NCBI GenBank assembly: GCA_017407225.1
Contig: JAFQWY010000128.1
Location: 15,365 to 79,364, forward strand
Source: Clostridia bacterium
GTDB lineage: Bacteria; Bacillota; Clostridia; Oscillospirales; CAG-272
Length of the DNA: 64,000 bases
Reading direction: 5' to 3'
The first letter of the stretch is position 1; the number at the start of each line of letters is the position of its first letter. The notes beneath the pieces were generated by a model. The model was not told the DNA's origin, searched no databases, and worked only from the letters and a program-made list of their open reading frames with translations. The position numbers and the translations under genes were made by a program. Shown here piece by piece: positions 54,060 through 63,734 of the stretch.

Positions 54060-55201
54060 TGGACAAGCTGAAAAAAATCCGCTGGAATCATTACATCAAC
54101 TATATCGTCATCGGTATTTTCACGCTGGTGTTCGGCATCATGTCCCTCTGCGGCGTGCGGCTCAACAGCTCCCTGCTGTTCCTTCTTGAAAAGATCGCGA
54201 TCAGCGTGATTCTCGCCGTTTCCCTGAGCCTTGTTGTGGGCTTCCTCGGTGAACTTTCCCTTGGACACGCAGGCTTCATGTGCGTGGGCGCCTATCTCGG
54301 CGGGAAGATCTCCGCGGTTCTGGAACCCGTTGTGGGCAACAGCTGGATCAATCTCATCATCGGTCTGATTGTGGGCGGATGTGTTGCGGCTGTCTGCGGC
54401 ATCATCATCGGTATTCCGGCACTGAGACTCCGCGGCGACTATCTTGCAATTGTCACCCTCGCATTCGGTGAAATCGTAAAATCCTTGTTCCAGAACACAT
54501 CAGCGGAATCCTTCGGCGGTGCACTGGGTCTGGAAACACCCCGTTACGACAAGCAGTACCTGTTCATCTGGGCGTTCCTGCTGGTTCTCCTCACTCTGGC
54601 CGTCCTGCAGAACTTCATCCGAAGCAAGCACGGCAGAGCGGTTACCGCCATCCGTGACAACGAAATCGCGGCGCGGGCGACCGGCATCAACGTAACCAAG
54701 TACAAGCTGCTGGCGTTCACTGTTTCCGCAGCCTTTGCCGGAATCGCGGGCGTTCTCTACAGCTTCTCCAACTACAATGTACAGAGCGCAAAATTCGGCT
54801 ATAACTACTCCATTGAAATTCTGGTCATGGTCGTTCTCGGCGGCATGGGCAGCATCAACGGCTCCATCATCGCGGCCGCACTGATCACCTTCCTCAACAC
54901 CAAGCTGGCGACCATCCTCACCGGCGATCTGGCAGTCCTACAGAATCTTCTGTATGCTGTGATCCTCATCGCCATCGTGATCTACAACAACGCTCCCGCG
55001 CTCAAGAGCTTCCGTGAAAAGTACAACCTGACCGTACTGATGCACAAGCTGTTCAGGCATAAAGCCGATCCGTCCAGCATCAAGGATGACCAGGCGAAAT
55101 GGGACGTTGTACCCACCAAGATTGAAATGAACGAAGTTCTCTCCATCGATCTGGTGCCCCAGGACAAGCAGAGTTATCAGAGAAAGGACGGCGGGAACTA
55201 A
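54056..55201 (+). CDS. livM: Branched-chain amino acid ABC permease
   Basis: 381-aa polytopic LivM pattern (GELSLGHAGFM). ATGA overlap with livH. Confidence 0.85.
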   Translation: MMDKLKKIRWNHYINYIVIGIFTLVFGIMSLCGVRLNSSLLFLLEKIAISVILAVSLSLVVGFLGELSLGHAGFMCVGAYLGGKISAVLEPVVGNSWINLIIGLIVGGCVAAVCGIIIGIPALRLRGDYLAIVTLAFGEIVKSLFQNTSAESFGGALGLETPRYDKQYLFIWAFLLVLLTLAVLQNFIRSKHGRAVTAIRDNEIAARATGINVTKYKLLAFTVSAAFAGIAGVLYSFSNYNVQSAKFGYNYSIEILVMVVLGGMGSINGSIIAAALITFLNTKLATILTGDLAVLQNLLYAVILIAIVIYNNAPALKSFREKYNLTVLMHKLFRHKADPSSIKDDQAKWDVVPTKIEMNEVLSIDLVPQDKQSYQRKDGGN

Positions 55202-55971
55202 TGGCAGAATACATTCTGGAAACCAAAAATCTCGGCATCTCTTTCGGCGGTCTGAAAGCGGCGCAGAATGTGAACATCCGGATTGATAAAAACCAGATCT
55301 ACGGTCTCATCGGCCCCAACGGTGCGGGCAAAACTACCATTTTCAATCTTCTGACCGGCGTTTACAAGCCCACCACCGGTACCTTCTATCTGGACGGTGA
55401 GGAGCTGAAAGGCTTCAGTCAGGACAAAATCAACCATAAGGGCATCGCAAGAACCTTCCAGAACATCCGTCTGTTCAACAACATGACCGTGGTGCGCAAC
55501 GTCATGGTCGGTCTCCACGATCAGCCTGAATACAAGTGCAATGTGCTGGAATCCATGCTCCGTCTGCCCAGACACTTCAAGGTGGAAAAGGAAATGCGCG
55601 AAAAAGCCAAGGAGCTTCTGCGTATTTTCGATCTGGAAGACGAACGGAACAACCTGGCCTGCAATCTGCCCTACGGTAAGCAGAGAAAGCTGGAGATTGC
55701 CCGTGCTCTTGCGACAAATCCCAAGCTGCTTCTGCTGGATGAACCTGCGGCGGGCATGAATCCTCACGAAACCGAGGATCTGGAAAAGACCATCCGCTTC
55801 ATCCGGGATCACTTCGATATGACCATTCTCCTGATCGAGCATGACATGAAATTTGTTGCCGGTCTGTGCGACAGCGTGACGGTTCTCAACTTCGGTACGG
55901 TTCTGGCGGAGGGCGATACCAAAACCGCCCTGAAGGATCCCGAAGTTATCAAAGCGTATATCGGAGGTTAA
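55201..55971 (+). CDS. livG: Branched-chain amino acid ABC ATPase
   Basis: Walker A GPNGAGKTT, LPYGKQRKLEIARAL, LLLLDEPAAG. Confidence 0.9.
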   Translation: MAEYILETKNLGISFGGLKAAQNVNIRIDKNQIYGLIGPNGAGKTTIFNLLTGVYKPTTGTFYLDGEELKGFSQDKINHKGIARTFQNIRLFNNMTVVRNVMVGLHDQPEYKCNVLESMLRLPRHFKVEKEMREKAKELLRIFDLEDERNNLACNLPYGKQRKLEIARALATNPKLLLLDEPAAGMNPHETEDLEKTIRFIRDHFDMTILLIEHDMKFVAGLCDSVTVLNFGTVLAEGDTKTALKDPEVIKAYIGG

Positions 55972-55975
55972 TGAT

Positions 55976-56686
55976 ATGGCACTTTTAACTGTAAATAACC
56001 TTTCCGTATACTACGGCGTCATCTGCGCGCTCAAGGGCATCAGCTTTGAGGTCAACGAAGGGGAAATCGTTACCCTCATCGGTGCAAACGGTGCGGGCAA
56101 AACCACCACCATGCAGTCCGTTGTGGGTCTGATTCCCGCAAGAACCGGTACAGTCACCTTCGACGGTCACGATATCACCAAGACTCCCTGTCATAAAATT
56201 GTGCATCTGGGCATGACCCAGGTTCCCGAAGGACGCCGGATCTTCCAGGAGCTGACCGTATACGAAAACCTCCTGATGGGTGCGTATTCCATCAAGGACA
56301 CCTCCGGATTCAAGAACGACATCGAGGCGGTCTATACCCGTTTCCCCCGTCTGGCGGAACGTAAGAATCAGATCGCAGGCACCCTGTCCGGCGGTGAACA
56401 GCAGATGCTGGCCATGGGACGCGCCATCATGAGCCATCCCAAGCTGCTGATGCTTGACGAGCCCTCCATGGGTCTGTCCCCTCTGCTGGTGGATCAGGTC
56501 TTCGAGATCATCAAGGACATCAACAAGGACGGCACCACCATTCTTCTGGTGGAACAGAACGCCGGCAAGTCTCTGGCAATCTCCGACCGCGCCTATGTAC
56601 TGGAAAACGGCAATATTGTTCTCTCCGGCACCGGTGCCGAGCTGGCGGCAAGCGAAATGGTTCAGAAGGCATATCTGGGCGGCTGA
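55976..56686 (+). CDS. livF: Branched-chain amino acid ABC ATPase
   Basis: Walker A GANGAGKTT, LSGGEQQML, LLMLDEPS. Confidence 0.9.
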   Translation: MALLTVNNLSVYYGVICALKGISFEVNEGEIVTLIGANGAGKTTTMQSVVGLIPARTGTVTFDGHDITKTPCHKIVHLGMTQVPEGRRIFQELTVYENLLMGAYSIKDTSGFKNDIEAVYTRFPRLAERKNQIAGTLSGGEQQMLAMGRAIMSHPKLLMLDEPSMGLSPLLVDQVFEIIKDINKDGTTILLVEQNAGKSLAISDRAYVLENGNIVLSGTGAELAASEMVQKAYLGG

Positions 56687-56696
56687 TACAGATTTC

Positions 56697-56732
56697 AAAT
56701 ACAGTCCTGTGACATACGGGGCTGTATTTTTA
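56697..56732 (+). terminator. Intrinsic terminator after livF
   Basis: AAATACAGTCC ... GGGCTGTATTT stem followed by TTT. Confidence 0.8.
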
Positions 56733-56780
56733 TGTTGATTTCTGCTTAATTGTTAATATTAAGAAAATATTTATTTCCAC

Positions 56781-56809
56781 TTGCTAATTATGATATAGTG
56801 TGATACAAT
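56781..56809 (+). promoter_or_regulatory. Sigma-A-type promoter of capD
   Basis: TTGCTA-17 nt-TACAAT, with a TG at -15/-14. Confidence 0.55.
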
Positions 56810-56909
56810 AAAAAGTGGGCAAGTCTGTTTTTCTGAATCTTTGCAATTGGATTCGTCTGCCCATCCCACTGCGATATTGTACATGAAGGGAAATCATCAA
56901 TTGAAACAT

Positions 56910-58910
56910 ATGAATTTTTTTAGGGAGAACCCGGCGAATATACGGCGAAAACTTCTGCTGGTCTTTTATGATATACTGATTATTCTGCTGGTGGCGCTGC
57001 TGATTCTCGGTGTTAATCCCAGCAGTGAGCAGAGAATGCCTCTGAAATGGTTCGCTGTCCATATTCTGCTGTTTGCGTCATGCATTTTTGTTTGCCGGCA
57101 TATTGCTGCTGTGTACCGGCAGGTCTGGCGATACGGCGGTTCTCTTGCTTATATCCGTCTGATTCTGGCGGATATCGGTGCCGGAGCACTGTACTATATT
57201 CTTCAGGTTGTTCTCCCGGTTGCCCGGATTGAGTTTATCCGGATTGTCTCTCTTGCGGCAATTACTCTGCTGTTTTCCCTGAGTCTCCGTCTGATGTATT
57301 ATTTCCTGTATGAACGGGCCAACCGTTCGGTAAGCTGTTCCGGTTTGTTCTGGAAAGTGGTGGAGTTTATCAGCGGATTCTCCATTATGGCCCGCCGCGG
57401 CAGTACCAAACCTGTGGAAGCCGGGGTGAAGATCAAGGTTGCCATCGTTGGAGCCGGAAGGGTAGGGGCTATGCTGGCGGATGAACTGCTGAACAATCCC
57501 CGTTCGCACTATGTCCCCTGCTTCTTTATTGATATTGACGAGGCAAAAATAGGCCGTGAGATCATGGGACTGCCGGTATATTCCGATGAGGAAGCAACCA
57601 TCAGGAAACTGGTGTCCTACCCCATTCAGGAGATTGTATTTGCTCTGCCGCAGATCACTCCGGAACGGAAGAAGGAACTTTACAGCCACTATAAGCAGAC
57701 CGGCTGCAAAATCAAGGTCTACGATTATCCCGTTATGCAGAAAGCCGAGTCCGGCAGACGGCAGATGCGTGAGTTTGATATCGAGGAACTGCTGTTCCGC
57801 AAGCCCATCGACATCCGCGACAGCGCAGCCAACGACTATTACCGCGGCAAGGTGATTCTGATTACCGGCGGCGGCGGATCCATCGGCAGTGAGCTTTGCC
57901 GTCAGATCAGCAAAATGCAGCCGAAGAGCCTGATCATCCTGGATGTTTACGAAAACGGTGCTTACGATGTCCAGCAGGAACTTCGTTTTCTCTACGGCAG
58001 TGAGCTGGATCTTCATGTGGAAATTGTTTCCGTGTGTGACCGCAGAGGCTTTGAAAAGGTGATGGAAACCTATCGTCCCGACATTCTTCTCCATGCCGCT
58101 GCCCATAAACATGTGCCGCTGATGGAGCATAACTGCTGCGAAGCGGTAAAGAACAACGTGTTCGGCACGCTGAATGCTGTAGAACTGTCGGAAAAATACG
58201 GTGTCGGAAGATTTATCATGGTTTCCACCGACAAGGCGGTCAATCCCACCAATGTGATGGGGGCAACCAAGAGAATGTGCGAGATGATCGTGCTGAGCCG
58301 CTGCGGTGAAAATACCGGAACCGTGTTCAGTGCTACCAGATTCGGCAACGTCCTCGGCAGTGCAGGTTCCGTGATTCCTCTGTTCAGGAGACAGATCATG
58401 AACGGAGGACCGCTTACGATTACGGACAAGCGTATTATCCGGTACTTTATGACCATTCCGGAAGCAAGCCAGCTGGTTCTTCAGTCCGGTGTTATGGCGA
58501 AGAACGGCGAACTGTTTGTGCTTGATATGGGGGAACCGGTGCGGATTCTGGAACTGGCTGAGAATATGATCCGTCTCAGCGGTTATGAACCTTACGAGGA
58601 TATCCAGATTGTTGAAACCGGTCTCAGACCCGGCGAAAAACTGTATGAGGAACTGCTGATCCGTACGGAAGAGCTGGACAAAACGGAAAACAGCATGATT
58701 TTCATCGAACGGGATGCGCCTCTGTCCGCGGACGAGATTGCAGAGAAGCTGAAAATCCTCAGCGAAGCGGTGGAGACGGAAGATGACCGGGCCGTGAAAG
58801 CTGCCCTCAGAAGAGTGGTTCCCACGTTCTATTCCCCCGAGGAGCTGAACAGCGCGATCAGCAGAACGGAGCTTCCGAAAGCCGAACCTGCTCCGGCAGC
58901 TGTGCAGTAA
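56910..58910 (+). CDS. capD: Membrane-bound polysaccharide biosynthesis protein, CapD/PglF/WbpM-type UDP-sugar 4,6-dehydratase
   Basis: N-terminal TM helices, then two Rossmann motifs (VAIVGAGRVG and ITGGGGSIG) and the SDR-extended YxxxK region. The start is uncertain (ATG 56910 preferred over the upstream TTG). Confidence 0.85.
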   Translation: MNFFRENPANIRRKLLLVFYDILIILLVALLILGVNPSSEQRMPLKWFAVHILLFASCIFVCRHIAAVYRQVWRYGGSLAYIRLILADIGAGALYYILQVVLPVARIEFIRIVSLAAITLLFSLSLRLMYYFLYERANRSVSCSGLFWKVVEFISGFSIMARRGSTKPVEAGVKIKVAIVGAGRVGAMLADELLNNPRSHYVPCFFIDIDEAKIGREIMGLPVYSDEEATIRKLVSYPIQEIVFALPQITPERKKELYSHYKQTGCKIKVYDYPVMQKAESGRRQMREFDIEELLFRKPIDIRDSAANDYYRGKVILITGGGGSIGSELCRQISKMQPKSLIILDVYENGAYDVQQELRFLYGSELDLHVEIVSVCDRRGFEKVMETYRPDILLHAAAHKHVPLMEHNCCEAVKNNVFGTLNAVELSEKYGVGRFIMVSTDKAVNPTNVMGATKRMCEMIVLSRCGENTGTVFSATRFGNVLGSAGSVIPLFRRQIMNGGPLTITDKRIIRYFMTIPEASQLVLQSGVMAKNGELFVLDMGEPVRILELAENMIRLSGYEPYEDIQIVETGLRPGEKLYEELLIRTEELDKTENSMIFIERDAPLSADEIAEKLKILSEAVETEDDRAVKAALRRVVPTFYSPEELNSAISRTELPKAEPAPAAVQ

Positions 58911-58921
58911 AGATAATAAAG

Positions 58922-58960
58922 CGGTATGTCCTGCAGATCACCAGGGACATACCGTTTTTC
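58922..58960 (+). terminator. Intrinsic terminator after capD
   Basis: CGGTATGTCC ... GGACATACCG stem followed by TTTTT. Confidence 0.8.
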
Positions 58961-58989
58961 CGTTTTCTGTCAGAAAATCCGGTATTCTG

Positions 58990-59018
58990 TTGACAAAATT
59001 ACGATAATATGGTATAAT
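58990..59018 (+). promoter_or_regulatory. Sigma-A-type promoter of the membrane-protein / TIM-barrel genes
   Basis: TTGACA-17 nt-TATAAT, followed by a leader of about 115 nt. Confidence 0.65.
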
Positions 59019-59136
59019 ATTATTCCACTTCAAATAATTACCTTCGTTCCTGTAAGAGTGTATGCGTTTTTTAGGATTCCCATGCCCGTTTGCAGAACGG
59101 AGGTTTTTTCATCAATATTATTAATGGAGGAAGATT

Positions 59137-60069
59137 ATGTTGTCCAAAAATGTCCGTGATAAGCTCCAATGGATCACGATGATCCTGTCCGCAGTGATGG
59201 TTCTGATGTCCGGGGTGCTGTATATGCTCCGGCCTCTCGGCTATAATAACGATGCGGTTTACGTTTACATCCGCCGCACACTGATTCAGCTGACCGATAT
59301 GATCCCTTTCGCCATGCTGGTTCTGTTTTCTGTTCTGCGGAGACAGAAAAAGTACCGCCGCTGCCGGTGGATGGTGGTGTCCCTGCTGGCTGCCAGAATC
59401 GCTGTGGATGTGCTGGCACTGATCTGCGAATACTCGGACTATGTCAATAATCTGGCGTTTACCTGCCTGTTTGATGAGTATTTTATTACGGCAATTGTCC
59501 TTACAGTCATTTTTTTCCTGATTGCCATGATGGGATCCCGTGGTGCATATGTGTTCTCCGCTCAGGTATTCCTGTATCTGTATGCGTTCGGCATGATTAT
59601 CATGCTGTTCGACGATAGATACAATGCACTCAGAGCTTTCTGGGGAATCGGGTATCTGCTGTGGTTCATTTCCGTGATGCTGATGAATTCCGCCCTGAAT
59701 GAAAAGAATAAGTATTTCCCTGCGGTATCAGGGCTGTTCGGGAAGTTTCTGAAACTGATCGGCTGGACCGAAGAGGAAGCGGATGACCGGTACAGCATTG
59801 CCAACGTCATCGAGCGGGAATCCGACCTGTATGTTCTGATCCGGGCACCGGGTGGTGATGCTGTGATTCTCCGTAAGGATCCTCGGGCGGAGGACTGGCA
59901 CAATGAATATTCCGTAGTCGTGGACGACGAGTTGATTGACAGTCTGCTGGAAGAGCATATCCGGATGTGCAGAGAGGCGCGTGCCGATGACGACGATGAA
60001 GATGATGACGAAGACGGAACTCCGGCTGAGAGAACGGAATCCGCCGCTTCACCGGATGAGAAGGAATAA
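59137..60069 (+). CDS. Polytopic membrane protein with a C-terminal acidic soluble domain (DUF1292-like?)
   Basis: About 6 predicted TM segments, then DLYVLIRAPGGDAVILRKD...VVVDDELIDSLLEEH and a DDDDEDDDED tail. RBS GGAGGAAG. Confidence 0.6.
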   Translation: MLSKNVRDKLQWITMILSAVMVLMSGVLYMLRPLGYNNDAVYVYIRRTLIQLTDMIPFAMLVLFSVLRRQKKYRRCRWMVVSLLAARIAVDVLALICEYSDYVNNLAFTCLFDEYFITAIVLTVIFFLIAMMGSRGAYVFSAQVFLYLYAFGMIIMLFDDRYNALRAFWGIGYLLWFISVMLMNSALNEKNKYFPAVSGLFGKFLKLIGWTEEEADDRYSIANVIERESDLYVLIRAPGGDAVILRKDPRAEDWHNEYSVVVDDELIDSLLEEHIRMCREARADDDDEDDDEDGTPAERTESAASPDEKE

Positions 60070-60092
60070 ACGATAAAAAAGGAGGCAGACCT

Positions 60093-60869
60093 ATGCGGAA
60101 AATCGGGATCAATCTTCACGCCATTGCAGGACTGACGGATGAGGAATACATCCGGGAATCGGCGGCTCTGGGCTTCAATACCCTCTTCAGCGGCGTCAAA
60201 GAGGCGGAGCGTCAGGCGGCAATCGGGGACTTCTGCGTGAAATACGGGATGGAATATGAAACCCTCCACGCCCCCTTCGGACACATGAACGATATCTGGC
60301 TGGAAGAAGACAACGGGATGCTGGAAGAACTTCTGAACTGTGTGGATCACTGCGTTCTGGCTGGCGCTCCCATCGCGGTGGTGCATCTGTCGGCCGGATC
60401 CAGACCGCCGTCCATAACGGATATCGGACGGGAACGGTTCACCAGACTGGTGGAATACGGCAGAGAAAAGAACGTGAAAATCGCTTTTGAGAATCAGCGG
60501 AAGCTTGCCAACATCGCTTGGGCTTTTGAGGCATTCCCCGATGAATCCGTGGGATTCTGCTGGGACTGCGGACACGAGCTTTGCTTCACGCCCGGACGGC
60601 ACTATATGCCCCTGTTCGGCGACCGGCTGATCTGCACTCACATCCACGACAATACGTGCATCTACAACGACGACAGCCATTTTCTTCCCTTCGACGGTGC
60701 GGGCGATTTTGATTATGTGGCACAGGCCATCCGGGATTCGGGATACACCGGTTCCCTGATGCTGGAAGTAGGCAACAAGAACCGATACGGCGGAATGGAT
60801 CCCCGGGATTTCATCGAAGAAGCATACAGGAGAATCGTGAAGCTCCGCGCTATGACCGACGGTGAATAA
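60093..60869 (+). CDS. Xylose-isomerase-like TIM-barrel protein (sugar phosphate isomerase/epimerase family)
   Basis: 258 aa. H..F, FEN, CWDCGH and HIHDN metal-ligand pattern. RBS AAGGAGG. Confidence 0.75.
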   Translation: MRKIGINLHAIAGLTDEEYIRESAALGFNTLFSGVKEAERQAAIGDFCVKYGMEYETLHAPFGHMNDIWLEEDNGMLEELLNCVDHCVLAGAPIAVVHLSAGSRPPSITDIGRERFTRLVEYGREKNVKIAFENQRKLANIAWAFEAFPDESVGFCWDCGHELCFTPGRHYMPLFGDRLICTHIHDNTCIYNDDSHFLPFDGAGDFDYVAQAIRDSGYTGSLMLEVGNKNRYGGMDPRDFIEEAYRRIVKLRAMTDGE

Positions 60870-60872
60870 ACG

Positions 60873-60909
60873 AAAAAACGGTATTCTGAGAAATCAGAGT
60901 ACCGTTTTC
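60873..60909. terminator. Bidirectional terminator between the TIM-barrel gene and the SGNH hydrolase gene
   Basis: AAAACGGTATTCTGA ... TCAGAGTACCGTTTT stem. Confidence 0.8.
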
Positions 60910-60920
60910 TGCTGGTGGAA

Positions 60921-61871
60921 TTATTTCATGGCCTTGATTACGTTTGCCGCATAGACCGCAAAGCCCAGATCGTTGGGGTGAACTGCGTCAGCCATGTAGT
61001 CCATGATCGGAGGAACCAGGGCGTCACCGTCAATGAGAGTCATGCCGAACAGTGCCGCCATCTCCCGTACGGTATTGCAGCAGTCGTCGAAGGTGCCGAC
61101 CTTGGTGGTTTTGCCGCAGTCCTGACGCCAGATGGGGGAGATTACATAAATCTTTGCACTGCCGTACAGCTCGTTCACCTTTGCAAGGGTGTCGTGAACC
61201 GCATTCCGGTAGGCGGTGTAGTCGCTGTAGTATCCCCAGTCGTTGGTACCGTAGGCAACCACAACGGTATCGGGGGCGAAATCCATGGGCAGAACCGTGG
61301 AGGGGGCGAAGATGGCACCGCCGATACCCTGAATGATGCTGTCCGCGTTGAAGGCTTCGCTGACCAGGTAGGCATAGGACATGGAGTCGTACTTAGTGTT
61401 CCAGCCCTGGGTGATGGAGTCACCGAGGAAGAGCATCTTTGTGTCAAATCTGTGGCGTTCGCAGAAGGAACCGTCCGCCACCTCCACAGCAGAAAGGATG
61501 CCGGCAGGACCGTGGCTGGGCAGGGAAACGGTAACCCGCTTCACACCTTCTCCCAGCTGAACGGTGAAGGAATTGATCTTTTCCGCACCGTCGGCCTGAC
61601 GGAATGCGTACTGTGCGTGGAGCAGACCGTTGATTTTTACTTCATACTTGCCGTATTCCGCGGTCTTTACGGTGACAAAATCGGAATCGGTGCAGAAATC
61701 CAGACGCACGCCGGTGGAACCCACTGCATTTGCGTAGATCCACGGAGCGGCTTCTTTCCATGCGGCAAGCTGATCGGCGGTACATTTGGTAAACCGCAGA
61801 CCTTCCGCTTCTTCGTAAACCCCTGCCGCGCCCACGGTCAGCTGACGGATTTTTTCGTTTGTGAGAAACAT
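60921..61871 (-). CDS. SGNH/GDSL-family hydrolase with an N-terminal beta-sandwich domain
   Basis: FLGDSITQGW block I and the block V D..HP (DAVHPN). The start was chosen at ATG 61871 (GAGGAA upstream). The longer track ORF would run into thrS. Confidence 0.75.
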   Translation of the reverse strand: MFLTNEKIRQLTVGAAGVYEEAEGLRFTKCTADQLAAWKEAAPWIYANAVGSTGVRLDFCTDSDFVTVKTAEYGKYEVKINGLLHAQYAFRQADGAEKINSFTVQLGEGVKRVTVSLPSHGPAGILSAVEVADGSFCERHRFDTKMLFLGDSITQGWNTKYDSMSYAYLVSEAFNADSIIQGIGGAIFAPSTVLPMDFAPDTVVVAYGTNDWGYYSDYTAYRNAVHDTLAKVNELYGSAKIYVISPIWRQDCGKTTKVGTFDDCCNTVREMAALFGMTLIDGDALVPPIMDYMADAVHPNDLGFAVYAANVIKAMK

Positions 61872-61905
61872 GGCAAATTCCTCGTTTCGTTGATATGGTA
61901 AATCC

Positions 61906-61934
61906 ATTATAGCACACCCGATTTCCGATTGCAA
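61906..61934 (-). promoter_or_regulatory. Sigma-A-type promoter of the SGNH hydrolase gene
   Basis: Minus strand: TTGCAA-17 nt-TATAAT, immediately downstream of the thrS stop. Confidence 0.6.
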
Positions 61935-61950
61935 CGGTTCAGACGGATGC

Positions 61951-63702
61951 TCAGCGGTTTTCCGACAGAATTTCCATGAGTTTTTCAAGGGAAACCGTTT
62001 CTGTTTCACTGCTGTCACGGTACCGGACGGAGACCATGTCTTCCTCGGCTTCCCGCTGACCCACGATGAGAAGATACGGGATCCGCTGAACAAACTGTGC
62101 CTCACGGATCATGTAGCCGATTTTCTCGTTTCGTGTATCCATCTCCCAGCGGATTCCGTTTTCGTCCAGAGTCCGGCAGAGAGAATCGGCATAGTCCCGG
62201 CATTTTTCGGAAACCAGCAGAACCTTTGCCTGTACCGGAGCCAGCCATGCGGGGAATCTTCCGGCATAGTGCTCGGTGAGGATGCCCATGAACCGCTCGA
62301 TGGAGCCGAAGCAGGTGCGGTGGATCATGATGGGGCGCTGTTTCTGATTATTCTCATCGGTGTAGGTCAGATCGAAATTCTGGGGAAGCTGGAAGTCCAG
62401 CTGAATGGTGCCGCACTGCCACGTCCGTCCCAGACTGTCCCGGAGGTGGAAGTCAATCTTGGGACCGTAGAATGCACCGTCCCCTTCGTTGATTTCATAG
62501 GGAAGTCCCAGTCTGTCAAGGGCTTCCTTCAGACCGTTTTCGGCAGCTTCCCAGTCCTCGTCACTGCCCATGCTGTTTTCCGGACGGGTGGATAGTTCAA
62601 GAGTATAAGTGAAGCCGAATTTCCGGTAAACTTCGTCGATGAGGCGGATGACCCCGGTGATTTCATCGGGAATCTGCTCACGGCGCATGAAGATGTGTGC
62701 GTCATCCTGGGTGAAGCACCGCACCCGGAACAGACCGTGGAGGGTGCCTTTCAGCTCATGACGGTGAACCTGCCCCAGCTCCGCGATCCGGAGAGGGAAA
62801 TCCCGATAGCTGTGGAGCTGATTTTTGTACACCAGAATTCCGCCCGGGCAGTTCATGGGCTTGATGCAGTGGGTCTCTCCGTCGATTTCGGAGGTATACA
62901 TGGAATCACGGTAGTGCTCCCAGTGTCCGCTGGTTTCCCACAGGCTTCTGTGCAGCATCATGGGGGTGGAAATTTCCCGGTAACCGTTCTTCCGGTGGAT
63001 ATCCCGCCAGTATTCGATCAGACGATTCTTCAGAATCAGACCGTTCGGGAGGAAGAACGGGAATCCCGCACCTTCTTCGGCGAACAGGAACAGATCCATC
63101 TCACGCCCGATCTTCCGGTGATCCCGGCGCGCCGCTTCCTCCTGCTGAATGAGAAATTCATCCAGCTCAGCCTGAGAGGGGAATGCGGTGCCGTAGATTC
63201 TGGTGAGCATTTTGTTGGCAGCATCGTTTTTCCAGTATGCTCCGGAGACACCGGTCAGCCGGAAGGCTTTCAGTCCCTTCGTGTAGGTGATGTGGGGACC
63301 CCGGCACAGATCGATAAAATCCCCCTGCTTGAAGAAACTGAGGCTTTCATCTTCCGGCAGCTCATTGATGTGCTGAATTTTGTACGGCTCCCTCCGGTCT
63401 TCCATGAGCCGGATGGCATCTTCACGAGCCAGAATAAAGGGCTTCACAGGAAGGTTTTCCTTCACGATCCGATGCATCTCCTCTTCAATCCGGGATAAAT
63501 CCTCTTCCGTAATTGGGGTATCACCGGGATCCACGTCATAGTAGAAGCCTTTTTCCGTTGCGGGACCGAAGGCGAGGGAGGCACCCGGATACAGACGTTT
63601 GACTGCCTGTGCCAGAATGTGTGCGGCGGAGTGACGGAGGACGGATAATTCTTCGTCCCCTTCGCAGAGTATGACTCTGCCGTCCGAGCAGATTGTTTTC
63701 AT
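61951..63702 (-). CDS. thrS: Threonine--tRNA ligase with a truncated N-terminal TGS region
   Basis: HSAAHIL editing-domain motif already at residue about 24. Class II motifs (FRVRCFTQDDAHIF, GSIERF). C-terminal anticodon-binding domain. ATG 63702 is preceded by GGAGAAG. A T-box leader lies upstream. Confidence 0.9.
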   Translation of the reverse strand: MKTICSDGRVILCEGDEELSVLRHSAAHILAQAVKRLYPGASLAFGPATEKGFYYDVDPGDTPITEEDLSRIEEEMHRIVKENLPVKPFILAREDAIRLMEDRREPYKIQHINELPEDESLSFFKQGDFIDLCRGPHITYTKGLKAFRLTGVSGAYWKNDAANKMLTRIYGTAFPSQAELDEFLIQQEEAARRDHRKIGREMDLFLFAEEGAGFPFFLPNGLILKNRLIEYWRDIHRKNGYREISTPMMLHRSLWETSGHWEHYRDSMYTSEIDGETHCIKPMNCPGGILVYKNQLHSYRDFPLRIAELGQVHRHELKGTLHGLFRVRCFTQDDAHIFMRREQIPDEITGVIRLIDEVYRKFGFTYTLELSTRPENSMGSDEDWEAAENGLKEALDRLGLPYEINEGDGAFYGPKIDFHLRDSLGRTWQCGTIQLDFQLPQNFDLTYTDENNQKQRPIMIHRTCFGSIERFMGILTEHYAGRFPAWLAPVQAKVLLVSEKCRDYADSLCRTLDENGIRWEMDTRNEKIGYMIREAQFVQRIPYLLIVGQREAEEDMVSVRYRDSSETETVSLEKLMEILSENR

Positions 63703-63734
63703 GATTCTTCTCCAATCATATATAGTATTATTGA

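Noticed and set aside
59019-59136. Possible second attenuator in the leader of the membrane-protein gene (CCGTT-TGCAG-AACGG followed by AGGTTTTTT, and GCGTTTTTT).
   Set aside because: The stems are only about 5 bp with a bulge, which is too weak to call a terminator without folding energies or conservation.
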